Source of the DNA: Gaiellaceae bacterium
GTDB lineage: Bacteria; Actinomycetota; Thermoleophilia; Gaiellales; Gaiellaceae
Direction: 5' to 3'
Length of the DNA: 45,468 bases
Assembly: GCA_039931575.1 (NCBI GenBank)
Contig: JBDTRS010000001.1
Span: 1-45,468, forward strand
A program made the translations under genes and the position numbers. Below the pieces are notes generated by a model, which was not told the origin of the DNA, searched no databases, and saw only the letters and a program-made list of their open reading frames with translations. Below are positions 25,679-35,866 of this stretch, one piece after another. Each line of letters opens with the position of its first letter. Positions within the stretch are counted from its first letter, which is position 1.

Positions 25679-26512
25679 ATGGCTGCTCGACCTTTACTCG
25701 CCGTCGACGGCGACAACCTCGCCCACCGCGCATTTCATGCGCTGCCGAGCTCGATCAAGGGCGGGGAGGGCAAGCCGGCGAACATGATCGTGGGCTTCGC
25801 GAACATGCTCGTGCGGGCGTGGGAGGCCGAGAATCCGCGCACCGTCTTCGTCGCTTTCGACACGATCAGCGAGCCGACGTACCGCAACGAGCTCCTGCCC
25901 GAGTATCAATCGGGTCGCGATTTTCCCCGTGAGCTGACCGATCAGCTCGACCGGCTGCCGGAGCTCGTCGAGGCGCTCGGCTTTCCCTGGGCGAAACAGG
26001 CCGGGTACGAGGCGGACGACTTCCTCGCGGCCGCGGTCGCTTCGGAGGAAGAGCGCCGGGGCAAGTCGCTCGTCCTTACGAACGATCGCGACCTCTTCCA
26101 GCTTGCGTCGCCCAGGACGACGGTGCTCCAACCCAAGCGCGGAGTCAGCGAGCTCCAGAGGGTCGGGCCGGCCGAAGTGCGGGAGCGCTACGGCGTCGAG
26201 CCGAGCCAGGTCCCGGACTTCATCGCGCTCCGGGGCGACCCGTCGGACAGGATTCCGGGCGCGCCGGGTGTCGGCCCGGGCCGCGCGGCCGCGATCGTGC
26301 AGAAACACGGCTCGCTGGACGCCGCGCTCCAAGACGGCGGCTTCCCCACGATCGCCGACAAGCTGCGCACATACCTGCGCATGGCCAGGCTTCAGTACGA
26401 CGCCCCGGTGCCCGAGCTTCCCGACGTCGATCCTGAATGGGGCCGCGCTGCCGACCTCGCGGAGAAGTGGGGCCTCGCCGGCCTCGCCGGCCGGCTGCGG
26501 GAGCGCGCTTAG
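25679..26512 (+). CDS. Stand-alone 5'-3' exonuclease / flap endonuclease (Pol I N-terminal domain homologue)
   Basis: LLAVDGDNLAHRAFHAL, YEADDFLAA, LTNDRDLFQL, IPGAPGVGPGRAAAIV (H3TH). No polymerase domain follows. Confidence 0.85.
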   Translation: MAARPLLAVDGDNLAHRAFHALPSSIKGGEGKPANMIVGFANMLVRAWEAENPRTVFVAFDTISEPTYRNELLPEYQSGRDFPRELTDQLDRLPELVEALGFPWAKQAGYEADDFLAAAVASEEERRGKSLVLTNDRDLFQLASPRTTVLQPKRGVSELQRVGPAEVRERYGVEPSQVPDFIALRGDPSDRIPGAPGVGPGRAAAIVQKHGSLDAALQDGGFPTIADKLRTYLRMARLQYDAPVPELPDVDPEWGRAADLAEKWGLAGLAGRLRERA

Positions 26513-26519
26513 TCCAGCC

Positions 26520-27284
26520 ATGCGAGGGCAGACTTCCAGTGTGGACAAGGTCGCGATCGTCACCGGCGCCAGTTCGGGCATCGGCTGGGCCATAGCGAAA
26601 CGCCTCCAGCAGGACGGCTTCGCGCTCGCCTTCCACACGCACGACCAGGATGAGGAATCGCGGGCGCGGTTCGAGGAGATCGCCGGGGGCGGCAAGGCTC
26701 ACTGGCTTGTTGGCGACCTGTCCGAACCGGACATCGGCGAGCGCCTGGTCGGAGAAACGATCGACGCGCTCGGCCGCATCGACGCGCTCGTGAACAACGC
26801 GGGCGTAACGTCTGCGAAGCCCGCCCTCGAGCTCGACGCAGAGGACTTCGACCGCATCTTCTCGGTCGACGTGCGCGGCGCGTTCCTCATGGCTACTGCC
26901 GCCGCGAAGCGGATGAAGGAGGACGCGAGCTGCGGTGCAATCGTGAACATCACGAGCGTGCACGAGCACATTCCCCGGCCGGGGTTCGCCCTCTATGCCT
27001 CCGCCAAGGCCGCGCTCGGGATGCTGACCCGTTCGCTTGCACTCGAGCTCGCGGAGAAGGGGATTCGCGTCAACGCGGTCGCGCCGGGCGCGATCGCGAC
27101 GCCGAGGAACGAGGAGGCCGACAAGCTCTCCGACGAGATTCCGCTCGGGCGGCCTGGGGATCCCTCGGAAGTGGCGTCGCTCGTCTCCTTCCTCGTGAGC
27201 GACGAATCGCGCTACGTCAGCGGCGCGAGCATCCTCATCGACGGGGCCATGGCGCAGCAGGTCGTCACCGAGCCCGCTTGGTAG
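26520..27284 (+). CDS. Short-chain dehydrogenase/reductase (SDR)
   Basis: [24 protein letters not shown]. Start is the internal ATG at 26520. Confidence 0.9.
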   Translation: MRGQTSSVDKVAIVTGASSGIGWAIAKRLQQDGFALAFHTHDQDEESRARFEEIAGGGKAHWLVGDLSEPDIGERLVGETIDALGRIDALVNNAGVTSAKPALELDAEDFDRIFSVDVRGAFLMATAAAKRMKEDASCGAIVNITSVHEHIPRPGFALYASAKAALGMLTRSLALELAEKGIRVNAVAPGAIATPRNEEADKLSDEIPLGRPGDPSEVASLVSFLVSDESRYVSGASILIDGAMAQQVVTEPAW

Positions 27285-28135
27285 CGCCGCTCGTCAGTCA
27301 CCGGGACTTCGCGCAGCTCCACCCGACGGGCGACCACGTGGAGCGCCCCGAGCGGCTGCGGGTGCTCCTCGACGCCTTCCCCGACTTCGAGGAGCCTCGC
27401 CGCGCGACGCCGAAGGAACTGGCGCTCTGTCACGACCTCGACTACATCGACCACATTCGAGCGCTGTCGGAGAGCGGCCGCACCACGATGCTGGATGCCG
27501 ACACCGTGTGCACCCCCTCGTCCTATGAGACCGCGCGACTCGCGGCGGGAGCGGCGATCGCCGTGGCCGAGCGGGGCGGGATCGCGCTCGTCCGCCCGCC
27601 AGGGCACCATGCGCTCCCCGGGCGCGCGATGGGCTTCTGCATCTTCAACAACGTGGCGGTCGCGGCCCGCTTCGCCCAGGTAAACCTCGGGATCGACCGG
27701 GTTGCGATCCTGGACTGGGACGTGCACCACGGGAACGGGACGCAGGACATGTTCTGGAGCGATCCGTCGGTCTTCTTCGTCTCTCTCCACCAATGGCCGT
27801 TCTGGCCGGAGAGCGGCGGGCCCGGCGAAGGCAACGAGACCACGCTCAACGTGCCCCTCGAGGCGGGATCCGGCGACGAGGTGTACGTGGACACGCTGAA
27901 GCGCGTCGTGGCCCCGGCGATCCGCGCCTTCGAGCCGGAGCTCCTGCTCGTCTCCGCCGGGTTCGACGCGGCCGCAGGCGATCTCCTCGGCGGGATGCAA
28001 GTCTCCGAAGACGGGTTCGCGGAGATGACGCAGGTCGCGCTTGGGCTCTGCGACCGCACCGGGTTCGTGCTCGAGGGCGGCTACACGCTCGAGACGCTTC
28101 CGGGCCTGGTCGGAGCGGTCCTCTCGGCTACGTGA
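27278..28135 (+). CDS. Histone-deacetylase-family (AcuC/Aph-type) deacetylase
   Basis: [26 protein letters not shown]. Confidence 0.85.
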   Translation: MVAPLVSHRDFAQLHPTGDHVERPERLRVLLDAFPDFEEPRRATPKELALCHDLDYIDHIRALSESGRTTMLDADTVCTPSSYETARLAAGAAIAVAERGGIALVRPPGHHALPGRAMGFCIFNNVAVAARFAQVNLGIDRVAILDWDVHHGNGTQDMFWSDPSVFFVSLHQWPFWPESGGPGEGNETTLNVPLEAGSGDEVYVDTLKRVVAPAIRAFEPELLLVSAGFDAAAGDLLGGMQVSEDGFAEMTQVALGLCDRTGFVLEGGYTLETLPGLVGAVLSAT

Positions 28136-28535
28136 GGGCGAGGCCGACGATGACGAGGGCGATCGCCGCGAGCGCTCCTGCGGCCGCCTCCGACCTGCCG
28201 GCGCCTGCGACGTCCTTCACCGCCAGGCCGGCGAGGACGGCTGCGGGCACCAGGAGCAATCCGATCGAAAAGGCACCGAGCAGCGCCCACGCGCCGAGGA
28301 GCGCCGTGGCGGCCGCGAAGAGGCCGGCCTGCGCCCTCGGACTCAACCTCGAGCCAAGGACTAGGGCGACCGCCGCCGCCGCGAGACAACCGGCGACGAA
28401 CACGACCCGCGCGCTGGCGAGCTCACCTTCGCCCTCGCGCCAGATGATGAGCAGATAGACGCCGGTCACCGCAAGCGCGGCCGCAGCTGCGGCCGTCGCC
28501 AGCCACTGGGCCCTGGCGAGCCGGTGAGATGGCAT
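28128..28535 (-). CDS. Small hydrophobic membrane protein, unknown function
   Basis: 135 aa from the internal ATG at 28535, with about 4 Ala/Leu/Gly-rich predicted helices. No motif recognised. Confidence 0.45.
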   Translation of the reverse strand: MPSHRLARAQWLATAAAAAALAVTGVYLLIIWREGEGELASARVVFVAGCLAAAAVALVLGSRLSPRAQAGLFAAATALLGAWALLGAFSIGLLLVPAAVLAGLAVKDVAGAGRSEAAAGALAAIALVIVGLALT

Positions 28536-28584
28536 CGATCGAAGTGTAGGCCCGCCTGCGGGCGAACACGCAAGATGAAGAGCC

Positions 28585-29514
28585 GTGAGCGCAGCCCCAT
28601 TCGAGATCCGACCCGCCACCGAAGCCGACGCAGAGCCGGTCACGGAGCTCGTCGTCGCCTTCGACGTGGACGAGTACGGTGCGCCCGATTTCGAGCTCGA
28701 CGATCTCCTGGCGGACTGGGGCAGTCCAGGGCTCGACCTCGGGCTCGACACCTGGGTCGCCGAGCTCTCCGACGGTCGGATCGCCGCTTATGCAGCTCTC
28801 CACTTCAACGAGAACGCCGAGGTGTGCGTGCATCCGGCGAGCCGCGGTCTGGGCATCGGCAGCGACCTGCTGCGGCGAATCGAGAGCCGCGCGCTCACCC
28901 GCGCCCGAGCCGGGGAACGCGTGCTGGTCGCCCAGGCGCTCAGCTCCTTGAATGCACCCGGTCGCGCGCTGCTCTCCCGGGCGGGTTACGAGGACGTGCG
29001 CACCTACTGGCGGCTCGTGCGGGAACTGGATTCCGAGCTTCCCGCGCCTTCGCTCCCTGACGGCGTCTCGATCCGCACCTTCGAGCGCGATCGAGACGCT
29101 CACGAGACCTATCGCGTGATCGCCGCGGCCTTCGAGGACAACATTCGCCGGCGGCCGTTCGAGTCGTTCGAGGAGTGGGAGGCGCACGAGGTCAATCGCA
29201 AGGCGTTCGACCCCACTCTGTGGTTCGTCGCCGAGGCAGAAGGCCGGATCGTCGGTGCGATCGTCTGCCCCGACTACGAAGGGGAGGGCTGGATTCGGCA
29301 GCTCGGCGTCTCCAGCGAGTGGCGCGGCCGCGGAATCGGCACGGCGCTCCTCCTGACCGCCTTCGCCGAATTCCGCCGCCGCGGGCGGCGCGACGCCGCC
29401 CTCGTGGTCGACTCGTGGAACCTGACCGGAGCCAGGTCCGTCTATGAGCGGCTCGGGATGCGAACGGAACGCGAGTATTCGCGCTTCGAGAAGGAGCTGC
29501 GGGCCGCCTCCTAA
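28585..29514 (+). CDS. Tandem-GNAT N-acetyltransferase (MshD-like architecture)
   Basis: Two GNAT cores: VHPASRGLGIGSDLLRRIE and LGVSSEWRGRGIGTALLLTAF. About 309 aa, as in mycothiol synthase. The MshD call is architectural only. Confidence 0.7.
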   Translation: MSAAPFEIRPATEADAEPVTELVVAFDVDEYGAPDFELDDLLADWGSPGLDLGLDTWVAELSDGRIAAYAALHFNENAEVCVHPASRGLGIGSDLLRRIESRALTRARAGERVLVAQALSSLNAPGRALLSRAGYEDVRTYWRLVRELDSELPAPSLPDGVSIRTFERDRDAHETYRVIAAAFEDNIRRRPFESFEEWEAHEVNRKAFDPTLWFVAEAEGRIVGAIVCPDYEGEGWIRQLGVSSEWRGRGIGTALLLTAFAEFRRRGRRDAALVVDSWNLTGARSVYERLGMRTEREYSRFEKELRAAS

Positions 29515-30338
29515 GAGTGGGCCGGGTACGACCCGAAGACGCGCAGCTCGCGCGTGAGACCCCGGACCTCGGCGAGCGTGTCGGTGACGATCGGGTCGAG
29601 GGGGTGCCCGGCGAGCACCGCGTCGAAGCGGTAGCGCCAGTTGGACTGCGGGATCGGCCGCGAGACGAGCTGGACGAGGTCGAGGCTGTGGCGGCCGAAC
29701 GGCTCGATCGCTCGGTGGAGCGCGCCGGGCTCGTGGTCGGTGATGAACGAGAAGGCGGTGCGCCAGCTTTCGCTCTCGCGGTCGAGCCGCGTGTAAGGAG
29801 CGACGGACACGAACCGCGTGTATGCCTCCGGGTGATCGCCAACGTCGCCTGCGAGGACGGTCAGGCCGTACATCCGGGCCGCTCGCTCGCTCGCAATGGC
29901 AGCCTCGGCCGGATCACCGTGTTCCGCGACTTCCGAGGCAGCGTCTGCGGTGGTCGCTGCCGCAATCGCGGTCGCCCATGGCATCGCGGCGAGGAGACGC
30001 CGGCACTGATCGAGAGCAACCGGATGCGACCGCACCACACGAATGTCCTCCAGCGGAACCGCCTTCGGGCCGACGAGGCAGTGCCGGATCGCGAGCACCG
30101 TCTCGCCGGCGATCGAGAGAGGCGACTCGTAGAGGAGGTCGTGCGTCTCGTTGACCGGGCCGGTGAGCGAGCTCTCGATCGGGAGGACACCAAACGCAAC
30201 CTGGCCCTCGGCGGTCGCCTCGACGACGGCCGTGAAGCTGGGGAGCGGCACCAGCTCGGCGCCGGTCGGAAAGAGGCTGTCACACGCAGCCGCGCTATGC
30301 GCTCCGTCGCGCCCGGGATAGGCAACCTGCGGTCCCAT
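29511..30338 (-). CDS. pheA: Prephenate dehydratase
   Basis: VAYPGRDGAHSAAA, GVLPIESSLTGPV, TRFV, and an ACT-like C-terminus. Confidence 0.85.
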   Translation of the reverse strand: MGPQVAYPGRDGAHSAAACDSLFPTGAELVPLPSFTAVVEATAEGQVAFGVLPIESSLTGPVNETHDLLYESPLSIAGETVLAIRHCLVGPKAVPLEDIRVVRSHPVALDQCRRLLAAMPWATAIAAATTADAASEVAEHGDPAEAAIASERAARMYGLTVLAGDVGDHPEAYTRFVSVAPYTRLDRESESWRTAFSFITDHEPGALHRAIEPFGRHSLDLVQLVSRPIPQSNWRYRFDAVLAGHPLDPIVTDTLAEVRGLTRELRVFGSYPAHS

Positions 30339-30356
30339 CAGCGGAAATTAGCGCAG

Positions 30357-31286
30357 TTACTGCCGCAGCTCGGCGGGGAGGCGGAAGAAGACGTTCTCGC
30401 GGGCGATCTCGACTTCCTCCCGTTCGGTGAAGCCGAGGTCGGCGAGCCGAGCGAACACCCGGTCCACGAACACGTCGGGCGACGAGGCGCCCGCTGTGAG
30501 GCCGACGGTCTCGTGCCCTTCGAGCCAGGCGAGATCGAGGTCGGTCTCATCGTCGATGAGATAGGCCTCCGCGCCGCGCGTGCGCGCCACCTCGACAAGT
30601 CGGTTCGCGTTCGAGCTCGTCTGGGAGCCGACAACGAGGACGAGGGTCGCCTCCTCACAGATCCGCTTCACCGCGTCCTGACGGTTCTGCGTCGCGTAAC
30701 AGATGTCGGCTGACGGTGGACCGACGAGATCTGGGAACCGTTCGCGGAGCGTGTCCACCACTTCGGCCGTGTCGTCGAGGGAGAGTGTGGTCTGGGTGAT
30801 GTACGCGACCTGCTCTCCGTCCTCGACCTCGAGATCGCGCACGTCCTCGGGGGTCTCGACTAGGACGATCGAGTCGGGCGCCTCGCCCATCGTGCCTTCG
30901 ACCTCGACGTGGCCGGCGTGGCCCACGAGAGCGATCTTGAGGCCCCGGCCGGAATAACGGCGGGCCTCGGCATGCACCTTCGAGACGAGCGGGCACACGG
31001 CGTCCACGACCTGGAGGCCGCGGTCCGCGCACTTCTCGTAGACGCGCGGTGCCACCCCGTGCGCGGAAAGGACGATCAGCTCCCCCTCGGGTACATCGTC
31101 CTCGGAGTCGACGAAGACCGCGCCCCGCGCCTCGAGATCGCGGACGACGTGCACGTTGTGGACGATCTCGTGACGGACGTACACCGGAGGGCCGTGCTGC
31201 TCGAGCAGCTTCTCGACGATGTCGATCGCGCGGACCACCCCGGCGCAGAAGCTTCGCGGCGCCGCGACAAGGACGCGCTTGCTCAC
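30357..31286 (-). CDS. ispH: 4-hydroxy-3-methylbut-2-enyl diphosphate reductase
   Basis: APRSFCAGVVRAI, HEIVHN, SAHGV, CPLVSKVH, HAGHVEV, SSNANRL. Confidence 0.9.
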   Translation of the reverse strand: MSKRVLVAAPRSFCAGVVRAIDIVEKLLEQHGPPVYVRHEIVHNVHVVRDLEARGAVFVDSEDDVPEGELIVLSAHGVAPRVYEKCADRGLQVVDAVCPLVSKVHAEARRYSGRGLKIALVGHAGHVEVEGTMGEAPDSIVLVETPEDVRDLEVEDGEQVAYITQTTLSLDDTAEVVDTLRERFPDLVGPPSADICYATQNRQDAVKRICEEATLVLVVGSQTSSNANRLVEVARTRGAEAYLIDDETDLDLAWLEGHETVGLTAGASSPDVFVDRVFARLADLGFTEREEVEIARENVFFRLPAELRQ

Positions 31287-31870
31287 GAGAACTCCTTCGC
31301 GCCGCGGCTGAGCGCGCGCATGGCGAGACGAGCATTGCGGGCTGATCGCACCGAGCGGACCGGAGCCGTCGAGAAAGCCTTCGCCACGACCTTCCAGTCG
31401 GTGCTGCCGTCCGGCTTGCCCGCGGCTCCGAGCGCGCCGACCGGCTGGGCGGGGGTATCCGTCACCGCTCGCAGGACGCCGGCGAGCCTCCCTGTCGCCG
31501 CCAGGTTCCCGCTCTCCATGTCGACCGCCTCGGCGCCCGAACGTGCGGCGAGCGCTCGCCGTGCCTGCGGATCGTCAACCACCTCGCTCACCGAGCAGAT
31601 CACCGTCGGGCGCGCACCCGGGATCCCCAGCGCATCACCTTCCCAGAGCGTCGCGCCATCCGGGTCGACGACCTTGGTGGCGGTGAGAAGCTCGCCTGGC
31701 GCGAGGCTGTCGACGAGGCTGCCCGCAAAGCCGAACGAGACGAGCTCGCCGGCGGGGGCTGGGACCTCGGCTCCCAGGCCCACGAGCATCGTCCGCGCGC
31801 CCGCAGCACGCGCAACGCGCTCTTCCACCTTCAAGGCGCAGGCCAGGGTGGGCGTCAGCGAAGCGTCCAC
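31283..31870 (-). CDS. hpnG: Hopanoid-associated phosphorylase/nucleosidase (PNP_UDP_1 family)
   Basis: C-terminal 195 aa of track ORF 31283..32674. GTG at 31870. AEAVDMESG nucleosidase motif. Position between hpnH and ispH. The rest of the track ORF overlaps hpnH out of frame. Confidence 0.65.
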   Translation of the reverse strand: MDASLTPTLACALKVEERVARAAGARTMLVGLGAEVPAPAGELVSFGFAGSLVDSLAPGELLTATKVVDPDGATLWEGDALGIPGARPTVICSVSEVVDDPQARRALAARSGAEAVDMESGNLAATGRLAGVLRAVTDTPAQPVGALGAAGKPDGSTDWKVVAKAFSTAPVRSVRSARNARLAMRALSRGAKEFS

Positions 31871-32853
31871 GCGAGACTCCGCACCGTCTCCTTGACGCTC
31901 GAGGTCGTCGCGATCGTCGCCGACGGCTCGAAGCCGGAGTGGATGCCGCAGTGCTCGCAGCGGTGATCGTTCCCCGGCCCGTAGCGCTCCCACTCGATGC
32001 CGTCGATGAGCGCCTCGTACGTCGGGAAGATCCCGTCGGTCAGCAGATAGCACGGGCCCTTCCAGCCATAGGGATTCCGCGTCACCGAGCCCCAAGGAGC
32101 GCACGGAAGCTTGCGGTCGCCGGTGAGGAAGTCCTGGTACACAGGGCTTGCCAGCCACCTGTAGCCGTGCTTGCGCACGCCGTCTCTGATCGTGCGGAAC
32201 TTCTCCTCGTGCTCCGAGCGCGTCATCGTGAGCGCGGGATCGATCTGCGAATACTGGTAGCCGGGGGCGACGAGCATCCCGTCGATGCCGACCTCGTCGG
32301 TGAGGAAGCGCATCATCTCGAGCACGTCGTCGACGTCGGTCTCCTTGAAGATCGTCGTGTTCGTCGTGACCCGGAAGCCCGCCTCGCGCGCCTCGCGGAT
32401 CGCGGCGACGGCAACATCCCAGAGTCCGGGGTAGTCGCAGATGTAGTCGTGGATCTCGCGCATGCCGTCGAGGTGAACGACGAATGTGAGACGCGGGTTG
32501 GGCTCGAACTTCTCGAGTAGCTCGGAGAGGCGAAGAGCGTTTGTGCAGAGCTGGATGTTCCGCTTCATCTCGAGGAAGCCGGCGACGACGTCCTCGATGC
32601 CCTTGAAGATCAGCGGCTCGCCGCCGCAGATGGAGATGACCGGGGCAGGGCACTCGACAGCGGCCTGAAGGCATTCCTCGACCGTCAGCCGGGCCTTGTT
32701 CGACTCGTACTCGCGGATCTTGCCGCAGCCGATGCAGGCGATATTGCAGCCCAGGGTGGGCTCCAGCATGATCACGAGCGGGTAGCGGTCATTCCTCTTC
32801 TGCGAGGCGACGTAACGCCCGATCTGGACGGTGCTGCGAAGCGGGAACTTCAT
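31855..32853 (-). CDS. hpnH: Radical-SAM adenosyl-hopene transferase
   Basis: LEPTLGCNIACIGCGKIREY (CxxxCxxC), HpnH-like length, and hopanoid cluster context. Confidence 0.85.
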   Translation of the reverse strand: MKFPLRSTVQIGRYVASQKRNDRYPLVIMLEPTLGCNIACIGCGKIREYESNKARLTVEECLQAAVECPAPVISICGGEPLIFKGIEDVVAGFLEMKRNIQLCTNALRLSELLEKFEPNPRLTFVVHLDGMREIHDYICDYPGLWDVAVAAIREAREAGFRVTTNTTIFKETDVDDVLEMMRFLTDEVGIDGMLVAPGYQYSQIDPALTMTRSEHEEKFRTIRDGVRKHGYRWLASPVYQDFLTGDRKLPCAPWGSVTRNPYGWKGPCYLLTDGIFPTYEALIDGIEWERYGPGNDHRCEHCGIHSGFEPSATIATTSSVKETVRSLAWTLR

Positions 32854-33731
32854 GCGCCTCCCTTCCTGTTCAGGGCTTCCGCCGTGGCGCGCGCGAGCGC
32901 CGGCTCGACTGGCCCAGGTGCGTAGCCGAGTTTACTCCGAGCCTTCTCCGAAGAGAAATACATGGGGATGCGGGCCAGCTTGACTTCGTCCGGGTTCACG
33001 AAACCTGCCCTGGCGGCGGCTACGGCAACAGGATAGGGCACGCGCAAGCGGGGACGGGAGCGGCCCGCGAGGTCGGCGATGGCGGCGAAGAGCTCCTCGA
33101 GCGGCATGTCCGCGCCCCCGAGCAGGTAGCGCTCGCCCGGCTCCCCGTGCTCGAGGGCGAGCGCGTGGCCGCGCGCCACGTCCCGTACGTCCACGATGTT
33201 GAGCCCGGTCGTCCTGACGAACCCGCGGACGCGCCCGTTCGCGACCCCTTCGACCATGCGGCCGGTGGGAGTGGGTTTGGAGTCGCCCTCACCGACCGGC
33301 GTCGTTGGGTTGACCACAACGGCGCCCGCGGCCAGGGCGATACGCTCGGCTTCGAGCTTGGTCCGCTTGTAGGGCACCGTCAGCTCCCAAGCGGGGGGCG
33401 CGTCCTCCTCCGTGGCCGCACGTCCCGGAACGGGCCCGCAGGTTCCCGCCGTGCTCGTGAAGACGAAGCGGCGAACGCGCTTCGCGAGAGCCGCGTCGAC
33501 GAGCGTTCGCGTCCCCTCGACGTTCACGCGCTCGAACTCCTCCTCCGGAGCGTCATAGCTGTAGAGAGCGGCCACGTGCACCGCAGCGTCACAGCCGTCG
33601 AGCACGCGCTCGAGGCCTTCCCGGTCAAGCAGGTCGACGCGCTCGTCGCGGACCTCCGCCCCCTGCTCGCGCAGCTCGCGGGCGACGTGGCTTCCGACGA
33701 AGCCCGTCGCGCCCGAGACGTAAACGATCAC
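32850..33731 (-). CDS. hpnA: NAD-dependent epimerase/dehydratase, hopanoid-associated
   Basis: GTG 33731 is preceded by AGGAG. VIVYVSGATGFVGSHV Rossmann motif; YKRTK. The upstream 194 aa of the track ORF were rejected. Confidence 0.75.
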   Translation of the reverse strand: MIVYVSGATGFVGSHVARELREQGAEVRDERVDLLDREGLERVLDGCDAAVHVAALYSYDAPEEEFERVNVEGTRTLVDAALAKRVRRFVFTSTAGTCGPVPGRAATEEDAPPAWELTVPYKRTKLEAERIALAAGAVVVNPTTPVGEGDSKPTPTGRMVEGVANGRVRGFVRTTGLNIVDVRDVARGHALALEHGEPGERYLLGGADMPLEELFAAIADLAGRSRPRLRVPYPVAVAAARAGFVNPDEVKLARIPMYFSSEKARSKLGYAPGPVEPALARATAEALNRKGGA

Positions 33732-33903
33732 CTCGCGCTCCTGGGCGGCGCGGCTCCTGCCGGGCAGAGCCCGGCTCCGCCCGCCCCTGGCGCCCCTGGC
33801 CGCAGGATCCTTCGCTCGCGCCGCCACGCCGTACCCCTTTGTACTGTCGCGGCGGCGCTCGCTTGCCTCCTTTGCCAGCGGCGCCCCAGAAACGCGAGGA
33901 AAG

Positions 33904-35754
33904 TCACGCGAGCGCGGTCTTGAGGCGGCCGAGGGCCAGCACCGGCCAGTACGTGCGGTAGAGGTGGTAGTTGATGAGGAAATCGCGGGGAAAGCCCGTG
34001 CCGGTGAAGTAGTCCTCGTCCCAATCGCCGTCGTCGCGCTGGTTTTCGGCCAGCCACCGAGCCGCGCGGGCCGCCGCGTCCGAGCGGCCGGCGCCTCCCG
34101 CAACGAGCCCCAGAAGAGCCCAGGCCGTCTGGGAAGGCATCGACTCTCCGCGCGCGTGCCAGGAGCGGCCCTCCTCGCCGAGGTTGTAGGAACGGCAGTC
34201 CTCTCCATAGCCCCCGTCGTCTCGTTGCACCGACTCGAGCCACGCGACCGCCCGGCGGACAACGGGGTGGTCGGCCGCGAAGCCGGCCGCTTCGAGAGCC
34301 GGGAGTGCGGCACCGGTTCCGTAGACGTAGTTGACGCCCCAGCGCCCGAACCACGACCCGTTCGGCTCCTGCTCGCGCAACAGGTAGTCCACGCCTCGGC
34401 GGACGACGTCCTCGTAGCCCGGCTCGTGCGCGAGGAGCTCGACCGCGTGACCGGTGACGTCGACGCTCGGCGGGTCGATCACCGCTCCGAAGTCGAAGAA
34501 CGGGATGTCGTAGAGCCAGTAGGCGTCGTTGTCCTTGTCAAAGGCGCCCCACCCTCCTCCGCGGGACTGCATCGCCGCGACCCAGCGGCAGGCGCGGTCG
34601 ACGGCAGGGCGGCCGAAGCCGAGCTCGTTCAGTCCGATCCCCACGACTGCGGCGTCGTCGATGTCCGGGTACAGGTCGTTGTCGTATTCGAACGACCACC
34701 CGCCCGGCTCGACGCCGGGCAGCTTCACCGCCCAGTCCCCGCGTGCCCGCACCTCCTCCACCACAAGCCACTCGCCTGCCTTCACGAGCGCCGGGTCGTC
34801 GGCCGCGACGCCGGCCGCGCGGAGCGCGACGACAGCAAGGCACGTGTCCCACACCGGGGATTGACAGGCCTCCGGGCACAAGCGGTCGCCGTCCTCGACC
34901 GTGAACCGCCGCCAGCCGTCGATTCCGCGCCGGATGTAGGGGGATTCGGGGCCGTGCCCGCGGCAGGCGAGCGCGATCAGAGCCCAGACCCACGGCGGCT
35001 GGATCCCGCCCCAGGACCCGTCGAGCTCCTGCCGGTCGATCAGCCAGCGCTCGGCGTACGCGAGGGCGCGCTCGCGGCCCGGCTGCACCGGTTGTCCGTT
35101 GTACCAGCGCAGGAACGAGTCGGCGAGGTTCCAGGCCGTGCGCGGGCGGGGTGCAACGCCCAGATCGATCTCGCGGCACAGTCGCTCCTCCGGCAGGTGG
35201 CGTACGGGCCGGTAGTGCATGACGATCGAGAGCGCCACCATCGTTTGCCGCGCCCAGCAGGCGAAGCTGTAGAGCGAGAGCGGAAGCTCGGGCCTGAGGA
35301 GAACCAGCTCGGGCGGGATCGCTTGAATCTCCTCCCACGGCCAGAGACCGAAGAGCGCGAGCCAGATCCGGGTGAAGACTCGGGCGGCGCCGATGCCCCC
35401 TTGCTCCTCGATGTAGCGGCGCGCGCCGGCAAGGCGGGGGTCGTCCGCCGAGAGCCCTGCCATGCGTAGGGCGGCGTACGACTCCACCGTCGCAGCGAGG
35501 TCGGGCTCGCCCCCCCAGTAGATCGCCCAGGTTCCCTCCGGGCGCTGGCGCGCGAGCAACTCGTTCGCGCAGCGTCGCACGGTGTCCTCGTCCGCGATCC
35601 GGAGGAACTCGTGCCAGAAGATGTGCTGCGCCGTCATGGTCACGTTGGACTCCAGCTCCCCGACCCACCAGCCGCCCGGCTGTTGCAGCGAGAGGAGGCG
35701 CTCGACGCCCGCGTCGAGAGCCCGGTCGAGATCGGTGCCGACGGTCGTGCTCAT
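33904..35754 (-). CDS. shc: Squalene-hopene cyclase
   Basis: DxDD motif (YPDIDDAAVV), multiple QW-type repeats (e.g. QQPGGWW, QRPEGTW, QELDGSWGG, QSRGGGWG, QEPNGSW, QRDDGGYG, QRDDGDW). Start is the internal ATG at 35754. Confidence 0.9.
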   Translation of the reverse strand: MSTTVGTDLDRALDAGVERLLSLQQPGGWWVGELESNVTMTAQHIFWHEFLRIADEDTVRRCANELLARQRPEGTWAIYWGGEPDLAATVESYAALRMAGLSADDPRLAGARRYIEEQGGIGAARVFTRIWLALFGLWPWEEIQAIPPELVLLRPELPLSLYSFACWARQTMVALSIVMHYRPVRHLPEERLCREIDLGVAPRPRTAWNLADSFLRWYNGQPVQPGRERALAYAERWLIDRQELDGSWGGIQPPWVWALIALACRGHGPESPYIRRGIDGWRRFTVEDGDRLCPEACQSPVWDTCLAVVALRAAGVAADDPALVKAGEWLVVEEVRARGDWAVKLPGVEPGGWSFEYDNDLYPDIDDAAVVGIGLNELGFGRPAVDRACRWVAAMQSRGGGWGAFDKDNDAYWLYDIPFFDFGAVIDPPSVDVTGHAVELLAHEPGYEDVVRRGVDYLLREQEPNGSWFGRWGVNYVYGTGAALPALEAAGFAADHPVVRRAVAWLESVQRDDGGYGEDCRSYNLGEEGRSWHARGESMPSQTAWALLGLVAGGAGRSDAAARAARWLAENQRDDGDWDEDYFTGTGFPRDFLINYHLYRTYWPVLALGRLKTALA

Positions 35755-35866
35755 TCGTGGCTCGCCTGTGCGTCCTTCTGCGCTTGCGCCGCGACACACG
35801 CGCGCCCGACAGCGTTACGCTGGAAGCGGGAGGTGGGATGGGGTGCATCCCTATCTATAAGCCCTC

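Noticed and set aside
23485-25932. 815-aa plus-strand ORF, the longest ORF in the window
   Set aside because: It lies antisense to topoisomerase III, has Arg/Leu/Asp/Glu-rich low-complexity composition and no motifs. It is a typical shadow ORF of a high-GC gene. The same reasoning applies to 1653..3032(-), 2815..3831(-), 13141..14442(+), 14486..15472(+), 20724..21959(-), 22208..23413(+), 29517..30713(+), 33964..35469(+), 39769..40950(+) and 41936..43540(-).
31871-32674. Upstream 268 aa of the 463-aa track ORF ending at 31283
   Set aside because: It overlaps the radical-SAM hpnH gene out of frame. Only the C-terminal 195 aa (nucleosidase-like, AVDMESG) are accepted, as hpnG.
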